From Bugula neritina (lineage: Eukaryota; Animalia; Bryozoa), in NCBI GenBank assembly GCA_964035545.1, contig OZ037768.1:992001-1056000 (forward strand): a stretch of 64,000 bases of DNA, in the 5' to 3' direction. Positions 21,854 to 34,220 of this stretch are shown here, piece by piece. The notes beneath the pieces were generated by a model. The model saw only the letters and a program-made list of their open reading frames with translations, was not told the DNA's origin and searched no databases. Within the stretch, counting starts at the first letter, position 1. Each line of letters starts with the position of its first letter. Position numbers and translations under genes: made by a program.

Positions 21854-24737
21854 ATGTCTGGTGATGCATCTTTTTATGGAGATGGAGCTGCGTCTATGCA
21901 GACAAAAGTAGAGATAAATCCACAAACAGTGCGTCCGACTCTAGCAGACGTTAACATAGATGAGTTTTATGAGATATCAAAGAGTGTTGAGTGGTTGAGC
22001 AGTCACACCTCAATCACAAAAGTAAGTCATAGTTACAGTAGTCACAGCTACAGTATACAGTTAAGTATATAGTTACAGTCATAGTTACAGTATACAGTAA
22101 CAGTCATAGTTACAGTTAGAGTCATAGTTACAGTCACATAGTTAATACTCATAGTTTTGAAGCGTGAATTCAGAGTTTCTGGGCACATTATGACAATTTC
22201 AGAGTTGCACTTGATTGCTAGAACTGGGTTGTTGCAGGTAGCACTTCAGTTTCCTGATGAGTTGCTAAGAGACAGCGTCTCCATAGTTACTAAACTGCAG
22301 AGTTGTCTCCCTCACCTCACATTCTTCGTGTTGGCCGACACATCATATGGTAGTTGCTGTGTGGACTTTGTAGCGGCTCAACATTATAAGTAAGACTAAC
22401 AGATTACTCTGTTTCTATTGTAATCTCTTATAAGTTTCTGGAACTTTCTGAAGTAGACTTATAGATGACTCTCTTTCTATGGTAATCTTGTATAAGTCAT
22501 AATTAATTTTATTCACTGTAACTTGCTGAAGTTGCTATTAGATCTGTGGTTCTGTTTGAGTATCTCAAATAGTTTAATTTTCAACTGTTATTAAAATGTT
22601 ACTCATTTTTAGTGCAGATGTTCTAATCCACTATGGATCAAGTTGCCTTAGTCCCACATCTAATATCCCAGTTTGGTGGGTGTTTGGGAGAGCCCCGCTA
22701 GATGTAGCTGACTGTTGTCAGCATTTAACTGACATCACTACTGGGCGTGAGAAACCTCTTGTCTTGATGTTTGATGTTCAGTATGAATATATTATTGGTA
22801 AGACAACTTCTCTCTCTCCTGATTACTTGGAAATCTAAATACCAGCTATAGAATGTGTTCTACATCATTCATCTTTCTACAGGTTACACTTGTGAATACC
22901 CTTGCTTGGTTTGTCTGTTGCTAACATACAAAATTGTTTAAAAAGAGTTTATTCTTTTCAACACACTTATAAAAAATATATTTAAAAATCTGATTAGGTT
23001 TGGACTTGGTTCTTTCATTTGTAGATGAAATATTTGTAAAGATGAGAGAATGCTGTAGTGACATTTCTAAACTCGTCCGATCTCATTTAAGAACCTCAGC
23101 TAGCTCCGAGTTTGAAAACTCGACGTCTGAGGATAACACTTCCCGATTAGAGGTTAATGGAAGGTCGTGGTGCTTGCTGGATGCCGCACACAGTATGAAA
23201 GACTATGATGTGATGTACATAGGAACTGAAGGTCGCACTTTAACCAACTTGATGATGGTGATGAACACTAGCCAGTTCCACACGTATAACCCCCAGACAC
23301 AGGCCTGCCGACTCGAAGATATCAGAATCAACAAGTCGCTGATGAAGAGGTTTTACCTGATAGAGAAAGCCCGAGATGCTAACATCGTAGGGATCGTAGT
23401 CGGGACGTTGGCTGTTAGAGACTATCTGGTTGTACATGAAAGGTTGAAAAAACTCATCAAAAAAGCAGGTTTGGAGTTGTTTTGCACTCTTTAGTATTTT
23501 GACTTTTTTATGGTTTCAGACAAAATCATTAAATAATTGTAGATTTTTCTTATTTTATTTACAATTTTTTGTTGTTTTATTATTTCCATGCATTTCAAGC
23601 AGTGAGTACACTGAGGCTAATATAGTAATATTTAATATTATTTAATATTTATATAATAATATATCTGTAGGCAAGAAGTCCTACAGTATCATAGTTGGTA
23701 AACTAAACACAGCTAAGTTAGCCAATTTCATGGAAGTTGATATATTTGTGTTGGTGTCGTGTCTCGAGAATTCTTTGGTAGACTCGGCGGAGTTTTACAG
23801 ACCTGTCGTCACGCCTTTCGAGATGGAACTGGCCTGCAACACTGACCGGTAGGTATTCTGCATAGTTTGTGTGTCTGAAGTTGGTTTGGGGGAAGCTTAG
23901 GGTCCCAACCATCTTAACCTTCATATATTAGTATTAAAAATACTAAGGACCGAAGATTTTCAATCATTGACATGTAATATAAACATCGTGTTTGTTTATT
24001 GTCTCCCTTTATAAAAGTTGACAACTCCTAATATTTCATATTTGTTAAGCCACATACTATCTAAAAACCAAACACAATGATCGCAAAAATGCTTGATAGA
24101 GGAGATCGATTTCACCCGTGTTACGCTACAAAACACATGCTATGAAACTACTCAAGATAAATTTCAATTGCATTTCATAGTTGTTGTGTTTACCAGAATG
24201 GAAGATTGTAATCGCTCACATTAGTTCCAGTTAGTGTAGGCTGTAGGCTTCCGCTTCCTCTTGATTTCAGTGAATGGACTGGCGACTACACGACAGATTT
24301 CCGATCATTATTACCTGGTGGAGACAACTTCCTACCCATACCCAATACCATGCAGTCACAAGCAGACGTCTCATTGATTACAGGCGCAATGAGGCATGTT
24401 GGGATACGGGAGGATGTAGCTGTTGGCGGACAAGTTGCTGTGAGAGAAACTAATAACTCTCTTGTGGCTACTTCTGCTAAGTCGGCCGGTAATGTGTTAA
24501 TATACGTGTTGTAATACGGTATGACTATTGCACTATACGGTATGACAATAATATACGGTATGACAATACTATACGGTATCACTACTATACTACATACAAT
24601 ACTATACTATTATAGGAGAATATCTGTCAGCCAGAACATGGACCGGTTTAGAGCAAGATTTAGGCAAGACCCCTGTACAGGAAGTGAAACAAGGGCAGTC
24701 TGGGATAGCTATGGGCTATGAGAATGAACCTCGTTGA
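21854..24737 (+). CDS. DPH2: Diphthamide biosynthesis protein 2, 7 coding exons, ~488 aa
   Basis: Exons 21854-22021, 22238-22389, 22613-22797, 23025-23468, 23671-23848, 24271-24488, 24616-24737. Motifs: [41 protein letters not shown], and the DPH2-type C-terminus [18 protein letters not shown]. Confidence 0.95.
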
Positions 24738-25838
24738 CTAGTGTACAAGTATCGCCATCTCGCCATTACTTAGTCTACAGTAGTGTCGAAACTTTCAATT
24801 CTCTGACTCAAATAATTCACTATTTAAATCTAGTAGGAAGACGTCTGCGGAGAGAAATAGTCACTGCAACTGCTTATAATCATTTATTATAATTTGTTCA
24901 CTTATTTTCTGATACATGTAATTTTGGAATTTTTTAGTCTCCTTATGCATGAATTTGAGCCCCTGAAATGCAAGTGACTGACTAATTATATCAATATCCC
25001 AATGATTACACAGATTTTCTATTATGAATTACATTTATAAATTTATTTATGAATTAAAAGACTTTCTGTACCTTGTAAATATTTGTATACAGTAACAGGA
25101 AAAAGTAACAATTCTACCCAACTTGTAAATGACAGAATGACATTTGCAAATCAGTGAAATTCATAAGTTTATCCACATACCAAATCAGTACAAAAATGGG
25201 AAGCTAACTTCAAATAGTATTCTATACCACAGTATAATAAAATAAAAAAGTATGACAATATAATGTAATTATTCGATTGACAATTGGATAGCATAAAATC
25301 TGGGCATAAAAATGAATCTTGAAAATATTTTTGAGAACTGAGCAAATATTGAATGTCCTAGAAACGGTGCATAAGTTGAATTCTCCGAATGAAGAGAAGT
25401 ATCAAAATGATTGCTGGATGAGTACAGACTCTGTATTGGCGGGCATTGATAGGAGAATGTATGCATACAGTCATACACACAGCATAGACAATAAAACTAG
25501 CTTACAAAGTTATATAAAATTACGTATTTACTGCATATATACCCTCATTGCAGCTAACTAAAGATAAATACTAAAATATACTTTTTTAGGAGTAAAAATA
25601 TAAAACTTGCTGAATCTGTATTAACTATTGATCCCTGAAACCTAAGATACTGTCGAGTGAATTGCATAGGCATAAGGAACACTATCTCGCCAAGGGAAGA
25701 CGACCACTAGTGGAGCTCTCTAGGAAGAGGGGAATACTGAACTGTATAACAAAATGGCACGTGTGATTGTCGTATGGTAACCCTGCCGTTGAAACGCCAT
25801 GCAAGTGCGACCCTTGGTTGACCCCGAGTTCAATCTTA

Positions 25839-28800
25839 TCACAAATCTAACTCCTCGTATATCTGCTCCTCTGTAAAATAAATTATTTGGTGTCTCATAA
25901 ATTAACAGGGAATTAGATAGACATGAAATTCCTGTACAAATTACCCACAGGAAACCTAGGACCAGCACCACTGTTCTAAAATGGTTGACTTGAGTTTAAA
26001 ATCCCTAAATGGAGAAGCCATTGCACCCGACTAAAGCCAACAATCTACAGCTTCAACTTCAACATTAATGCAGGTCTAACATTTACTGGTTGAATAATTT
26101 TCCAGCACAATAATAACTCGAAGCCGTTAAAACAGTAAATTACATTGTTTTCATAGTTCATTCTAGAAGAAAAACCAGAAAAAGTAAACCAGCATCACTA
26201 ACCAGAGAGTGGGTACATACCGGAATCTTCCAAGGCCACTGTAGCTGAGCCGTTACCTACAGACTCTTCCTCTAGGTCTATCATATTAGAGGCATCAACC
26301 AGCCCAACTGCAAACAGCACATGTATGTTGTAGAACTTAACGGAGTAGAACTTACAGTAGCAGGTATACGTGCAGGTAGAGATTACCAAGTAGCAGGTAT
26401 GTGTGCAGGTAGAAACTACCAACCACACATATTACAATGTAATGTAATTAAAGTACTCAGATAAAGGATACACCATTTCTCCTATTCCCTCGTTCTAAGG
26501 CTGACCACATTATACCAGGCAGCCATATGAGTAGTGATTCAGGCAGCCATATGAGTAGTGATTCAGGCAGTCAGCTAGTCTATTATAACTCACCAATCTG
26601 AGTTTTCACGTTCTTCACAATCCACTTCCCTGCGGGACAGTTATCTTTCCGTATGAGAGCCACCGTCTCCTTCGCCTGCATCGCCAGCATGTTCTTACCG
26701 CTGCCGGAACACGCTGACTTAGCCTGAACATAGTGACTAGACACCAACTCGTCCTCTGATATCTGTGTAACGTGTATGTTATATAATCATATAATACTGT
26801 ATATAATATATTACTGTATATAATATATTACTGTATATAATATATTACTGTATATAATATATTACTGTATATAATATATTACTGTATATAATATATTACT
26901 GTATATAATATATTAGTGTATATAATATATTACTGTATATAGTATATTACTGTATATAACATATAACTGTATATAACATATCACTGTATATAACATATAA
27001 CTGTATATAACATATAACTGTATATAATATATTGCTGTATATAATATATTAGTGTATATAGTATATTACTGTATATAATACATTACTGTATATATAATAT
27101 ATTAGTGTATATAATATATTACTGTATATAGTATATTACTGTATATAACATATAACTGTATATAACATATCACTGTATATAACATATAACTGTATATAAC
27201 ATATAACTGTATATAATATATTGCTGTATATAATATATTAGTGTATATAGTATATTACTGTATATAATACATTACTGTATATATAATATATTAGTGTAAG
27301 TGTATGGCCAACCTTAAGTTTCTTTATCAAAGCTTCTTGTTCTTTAATTTCATTCATTCTAATCTGCAACATGAAATCAGCATCTAACACAACACACTAC
27401 AGTATCTTACAGCTACTACACAGTACACACTACAGTATCTTACAGCTACTACACAGTACACACTGCGCTATCTTACAGTTACTACACAGTACACACTACA
27501 GTATCTTACAGCTACTACACAGTACACACTGCGCTATCTTACAGTTACTACACAGTACACACTACAGTATCTTACAGCTACTACACACTACACTGTATAC
27601 ACTACACAGTACACTTTATACACTACACAGTACACTTTATACACTACACAGTACGCTGTATACACTACACAGTACACTGTATACACTACACAATACACTG
27701 CACACACTACACAAAACACAGTACACACTACACAGTACACTGTATACACTACACAGTACACTGTATACACTACACAGTACAGTATAATTATACACTACAC
27801 AGTACACTGTATATACACTACACAGTACAGTATATACACACACCTTTTGAAGTCTTTCTTGTTCTTTCTTTTCTTTTTTCTTTTTTTCTTTTTCTTCTTT
27901 AGTGAGTTTCTTATCAGAAGAGAGAGTTGAGCTGGGTGCCTCTAAGGGGGTGCTTACGCTCCTGTATAACACATAACATGTGGCAGCACTGCTTAGCGTG
28001 AGCAAATAGCCTCAACCTGATGGGACAATCAGTATACCCATCCCTCACAGCAGTAAAACTGGAAATGGAACTAAAACTAAAATTTAAAAATTGTTTTTAT
28101 CTAAAACGTACTATTTTGTCATTTTTGAATAAATTCCCGGCAATATTTTCAAACAGCTACAAAAGCTCAATAGTAACACCCAAAATAACTTACTGGTGAG
28201 TAACAGTAGTTACCAGCCAATCACGGACATCAATAGAAACAAAGAGCCAATTACGAACCCCGTAACATACTGTCACACAACAGCAGACGGCCGAGCAGTG
28301 CTACTTACGCTTTCCTAGGAGTGTCTTCATCAAACTCTTCATAAACTTCCTGGAGATCTTCTTCAACTGTCGGGGCAGCACCACCAGCGTCTCCATCATC
28401 ATACAGCTCTTCACCAGGATCTAAGGCAAAGCATACCAGTCTACAGCTTCTAACACAGCATAACCTCACAACTGCTGGTCCAGTACCTCAAACCACTGAA
28501 CCAGTACCACTAACCACTGGGCCAGCACCACTAGCTACTGGACCAGCGGCTCTAACCACTTGACTATGTGGCAATACACTAAGGCTGTGGGTACACAATA
28601 CACTAAGGCTGTGGGTACACAATACACTAAGGCTGTAGGTACACAGTACACTAAGACTGTAGGTACACAATACACTAAGACTGTAGGTACACAGTACACT
28701 AAGGCTGTGGGTACACAATACACTAAGACTGTAGGTACACAGTACACTAAGGCTGTAGGTACACAATACACTAAGACTAGGGTACACAATACACTAAGAC

Positions 28801-31258
28801 TGTGGGTACACAATACACTAAGGCTGTGGGTACACAATACACTAAGACTGTAGGTACACAGTACACTAAGGCTGTAGGTACACAATACACTAAGACTAGG
28901 GTACACAATACACTAAGACTGTGGGTACACAATACACTAAGGCTGTGGGTACACAGTACACTAAGGCTAGGGTACACAATACACTAAGGCTGTGGGTACA
29001 CAGTACACTAAGGCTGTGGGTAAACAATACACTAAGGCTAGGGTACACAGTACACTAAGGCTATGGGTACACACCTGCGGCTGGGACAGGTAAAGGCTTT
29101 TCCCTCCGACTAGGAAGTGCCGGAGCTGACGGAGAAGGTGGAGGAAGCTTCGGGAGGTGTGGCTTAGGAAGAGGCGGGCTGACGACCGCTGCTTCTAGCT
29201 CCTCGTCCTCTTCTGTCATTGATTTGCTGCCGATATACAGTATAACTACTGAGGTACAGCATTGTGATTTGCTGCCGATATATAGTATAACTACTGAGGT
29301 ACAGCATTGTGATTTGGTTTAAGGAAGACAATAGAAGGAATGTAGGAGACATCTGTTATACAGTAGAAGTTGTTGATAGGCAGATAAATTAGGAACTTTT
29401 TTCTAACAGTAAGTCTGCCACACCCACACACTACAAGCAGTCACTGCTGGGAACTTGTTGAACATTATACTAAAAAATATGTCAAAATGTGTAAATTACG
29501 ATCAGCCTGCTATTCTAAATGTTAGAAAATAAGACCTTCAACTTCCTGTCATGTGACACTTACATTAGCGAGTTGGAGTTACAATCTTCATCTTTTCTTC
29601 CACCACAAACTCGCAGCTCTACACCAGTTTCAGAGTTCACGAGTTTCGCCACCGGCAGCGTGATGCCGAGTAGAGACTTGCACTTTGTCGGCTTATTGAA
29701 CTTTCTAACAAAAGTTAACTTTTTGAACTTTTTCCCGGCATTGTCAGTCTCAATCGGCAAATCAGGCGAGTTCTCTTTATTCGCCGCAGAACTCAGCAAT
29801 TTGCGCTCGGGATCCACCGCTCTCAGCGAGTTTTTTCTTTTCTCGATAAGTACAATGTCAATGGGCGTCTGGGTGCCGTCTGTGCCATTCACTGCCGATT
29901 TGCTGCCAATTCCAGTCGGCTTATTTGGTGATACGGATGGCTTGGTGGAGGAGATGGCGGGTTTGTTAGGGGGAACTGCTGGCTTGATATTCAGTGGTGA
30001 CTTGACGGGTTTCACAGCGAGTGGAACTCCATTCTGTAAGACCAGAGCAGACGGTTACTTGACTAAATAGTTGCTAACCTCATCCCCCCCCCCCCCTGAA
30101 CTGGAGATGTTACACAGATGCAGTGGGCAAGTAGTGGGCATGTGATATGCTTACAAACAGACAACAGCAAAAGGAATAAGGAAACTATTTTATTAAACTG
30201 TCCACTCTTTTATAGCAGCAGTTTCATTTCATGAAAAAGTTGGTGTAATGCTGAGTTGACAATGTTCTATTTCACTGCCAAAATATGATTAGATCTACTA
30301 AACCACTGATAGAAATCTACTAGATTTCTAATATAAATTTACTAGACTTCTAGTATAAATCTACTAGATTTCTAATATAAATCTGCTAGACCTCTAGTGT
30401 AAATTTAACAAATATCTACTGCGAGTTAACATTTTGCTATTCCCATGGTATGCATTTGGAGTAAGCGTGAAGTGAAAGTTTGAGAGTGTTAGACTACCAG
30501 TAGAATGTGTTGAAGAGAAAGAATGTTTAGTACTATGAAAACACAAAACACCACTAGACTGCAAATAGCAAATACTTGAGGTTGAAGATAGTGCAGTTTG
30601 AGTGATGACAAGAAAGCTGTGGCATTAGTAGGCCAGTTAACACACACTTTGACAACCACAGTGCTTTAAGGAAGGAGGAATGGAAGAGAGAGTGTAATAG
30701 TTGGGTGTGGAGGGATAATCACTTTGAATAGAGTGCAGATGTGATACTTACTGGAAGAGCAAGTTCATCTTCCGGCTGAAATAGTGAATATTAAGTGAAC
30801 ATTAAATGAGCAAAGTGAACTATTACTGTTCCAATTCTATTATCAAAGCGAATATATAAAATGACAGAAAGTTGAACAGAAAAGTTCCCAATGTAGAGGA
30901 GAAACTAGCAGCTATAGCTCATGGGAAATCCTAACAGAGGGGAAATCAAAGTTGTAATATAAGAGATGGAAGCTGCTAATCTAACTACTACGTAATCTGG
31001 AGGGAATAATTTGAAGTATTAATACTAAGAAATGGTGTGACACATTCAGCAGTTGTGTGACAGAGCACGAGTCATGTGACAGAGTAAAAGTCATGTGACA
31101 GTGTTATGTGACAGTGTCATGTGACAGTGTCATGTGACAGAGTAAAAGTCATGTGACAGTGTCATGTGACAGAGTACGAGTCATGTGACACTTACATTGT
31201 TTGTCTTGCTGCTGAGAAGAGCCATTCTTTCCTTCAAAGTCATCCCAACTTCGGCCAT
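25839..31258 (-). CDS. FYB/ADAP/PRAM1-like adaptor: Pro-rich region, acidic Tyr motifs, Lys/Glu helix and one helically extended SH3 domain, ~425 aa
   Basis: Exons 31196-31258, 30752-30775, 29564-30033, 29075-29226, 28309-28420, 27844-27961, 27313-27363, 26594-26762, 26221-26307, 25839-25870; phases consistent. EKKEQERLQK..KKLK..GKNMLAMQAKETVALIRKDNCPAGKWIVKN resembles the ADAP hSH3 pattern (EKKEQE..GKNELSFK.GE.IEIIR..DNPEGKW). Tyr motifs ELYDDG, EVYEEF, QIYEEL. The N-terminal exon boundaries are less certain. Confidence 0.72.
26790..27298. repeat. 17-bp minisatellite (ATATAATATATTACTGT)n with a ~189-bp higher-order duplication
   Basis: The variant pattern at ~26911-27099 recurs at ~27100-27297. 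Confidence 0.93.
27393..27838. repeat. Compound minisatellite: 33-bp unit, then 21-bp unit (TACACTACACAGTACACTGTA)n
   Basis: Inside the FYB-like intron 27364-27843. Confidence 0.92.
28573..29072. repeat. 24-bp minisatellite (TACACTAAGGCTGTGGGTACACAA)n
   Basis: Starts immediately inside the donor at 29074. Confidence 0.95.
31056..31190. repeat. Array of ~9 GTCATGTGAC(AG) motifs
   Basis: Visible directly, next to the donor at 31195. Confidence 0.88.
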
Positions 31259-31482
31259 TTTCAACTACAAGCAATGAGTACAGCATCAGGTATACTGATG
31301 TTATGTAACACGCAACTGAGTGAGAAGATAACTTCACTGTTCTATCACAATTATTAGGTAGCGCTTGGGCACAAAACAAAACACAATTTTTTTTAGAAAT
31401 TGCTCTAAATTTCATGTTAGGGTAAGGTATTGCAGTCTTGTTGAGTTGAACTTGCATTATGTGGAGTCAAAAGTTACAGTTA

Positions 31483-31880
31483 ATGTAGATAGTGTAGATA
31501 GTGCAGATAGTGTAGATAGTGCAGAAAGTGCAGATAGTGTAGATAGTGCAGATAGTGTATTTAGTGTATTTAGTGTATGTAATATAGATCTAGTGTAGAT
31601 AATGCAGATAGTGTAGATAGTGTAGATAGTATAGATAATGTAGATAGTGCAGATAGTGCAGATATTGCAGATAGTGCAGATAGTGCAGATAGTGCAGATA
31701 GTGCAGATTGTGTAGATAGTGTAGATAGTGCAGATAGTGTAGATGGTGCAGATAGAGTAGATAGTGCAGATAGTGTATTTAGTGTATGTAATATAAATCT
31801 AGTGTAGATAATGCAAATAGTGCAGATAGTGCAGATAGTGTATTTAGTGTATGTAATATAGACCTAGCGTAGATAATGTA
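31483..31880. repeat. 9-bp repeat (GTGCAGATA/GTGTAGATA)n with larger internal duplications
   Basis: Visible directly. Confidence 0.92.
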
Positions 31881-34016
31881 GACACAAAAGGCTGCATAGT
31901 TGCAAGGTAGAATAGTAACAGAGAGTGAAAAGGAAAAGAAATAGTCATGTGAATATAGTCCAGTCAATTAAAATATTGAGATCACACTAATACAACACAA
32001 TACAATATAACATAACTCAATATAATCCAGTATAAAATATACCTACTTAACTTGACCTTGTATAGAATGAGGAACTAAGTTATCAGGAGTTAGTCACAAC
32101 TATGACTCAAATTATTATGAAAGAGCCCCCCCCCCCTACCCACCAAAAAGACTCATGCTAGCATTTGTTTCACTAGGTTTAGGAATAAATTTATCAATAC
32201 ACACCTTTACACATGCAGTCAGTGCAGATATAACTACTGTAGATGTAACTAGTGTAGATTTGGCAAGTTCCCAAGTCACTGGTGGCTGACTCTCTTCTAT
32301 GTATCACTAGTAACTAAAATGAAAATGCACACAAGTTAAATTTTAGCCAACTTTTTTGAGGCAAATAAAATAAATGATATTTTCACAATGAAAATAATTA
32401 TGCCAACTTTCTTTTAACAAATTGGCTTGCATACTACAGGTATTCTAGGTGATCCATTATTAAAGTTACCCATTACTTATTCCATTAGAAGCACCGTTTG
32501 ACTATCAATACGAATAGTTTTTATCTTTATTACTAACTGGTAACTATTATAGTAAGCTATCATGATCACTATGCTAATTTATTCTATATCAAATATTTAA
32601 CAATAAGATATACTTTGAAATCTAATATAATATAATATAATCTAATATAATATAATATGGCATGAAACTGAAGATTAAGTTTTCACATCACAGAGAGTAA
32701 ATATTAAGAACCGTGAAATGAGATGGTATTATATGATTTTCAGATGTTGGTTTTAAAGAGTACAAAGAAGCCAAGTCTTATGAATTAAAGCCAAATACTG
32801 CTAATTGAATTAGCAGTTGGCAGGGTTGTAGCTGAACGCTGATACAAAGTACACTGTACAGCATTCTCTCACCAGCCAGGAAGTTAGATTTCTATTATAT
32901 AGAACACTAATCACTGCATATAGTCACTGGCTACTTATTGACTATCTACAGACCTATTTCAAAATCTAAACTACCCAGAATGTTCCCAACACACTAGAAA
33001 ACAAGCTAGATGTTACAGGACTTCTACTTTTGTCTGGTCAGCCATGGGGGGACAATTCCCTGTCATAAGTTAGATTACAGTAGCAGTACACAACACACTG
33101 AGGTTTTGTTGGGTTTCATCTGTAGTACAGTTAATGTTACTACAAGTTAGAGAGGTAATCTGAAGTCTATGATAATTAATCTAGACATGTAGCTGGTAAA
33201 AATCAACTGGCAACATGCAACTGGCAAAAAGTAACTGTCAACAATCAACTGGCAAAAAGTAACTGTCAACAAGCAACTGGCAAAAAGCAACTGGCAACAG
33301 CTGGTCAAAAAGAATTCATTCATAGAATAATATTGGATTTGCACTTGAAATTGTTGTATATATAAATATAATTACTATAATCAGACTGTGCTAATAGCAA
33401 CTGTTTCAGCCTTACTTCTCCCAGTCTGTCCAAACATTGATTCCAAAACATACAAGGCTAAGAAAACACTACAACTATTCATATTTATGCAAAACATCCT
33501 GTAACGAAGTAGCACTTGTCACAGGATGTCACAGGATGTCACAGCATGTCACAGCATGTCACAGCATGTGGTAGTAGCCAGTGATCATATAGAATATCAT
33601 GTGTAACAATAGTCAACTACTAGCACTACCACAAGGGGAAAACTTAAACATACGCCGAGTTTCACCTCCAGTCAAACTCTAGACTGTCGTATAATTCATG
33701 TCTCTCAGCCAATGGCCTGCTGCCACACAAATTTATTGTTAAATATAATCATGCTAAGTGTCGAGATAAAACATTGCTATCAGGAAAGTCTAGGAAATTA
33801 ATGAATAGCAAACACACACAGCTCTAACTTCCTTCTTGATATGATACTATCAACTATCTCAACTGATTTACACTGTAGTGTAGCTGATTCAACTCTTCTA
33901 GTATCAAGTAATGTATGTTATAGTATGTGATGTATGCAGATGTTACAGGCTAGAGTAGCACACACTCCCTAGTAGCTGTAGGAAGGCCCTGCTTCGGTTA
34001 GCTGGAGTCTTAATGC

Positions 34017-34220
34017 TATACACTAAAGTTATACACTAAACCTATACACTCAGGCTATACACTCAGGCTATACACTCAGGCTATACACTAAGGCTATACA
34101 CTCAGGCTATACACTAAGACTATACACTAAGGCTATACACTCAGGCTATATAATAAGGCTATATACTCAGGCTATACACTAAGGCTATACACTCAGGCTA
34201 TACACTCAGGCTATACACTC
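34017..34220. repeat. 13-bp minisatellite (CTATACACTCAGG)n
   Basis: Visible directly. Confidence 0.92.

Noticed and set aside
29519-30070. 183-aa plus-strand ORF
   Set aside because: It is the antisense shadow of the large FYB-like exon.
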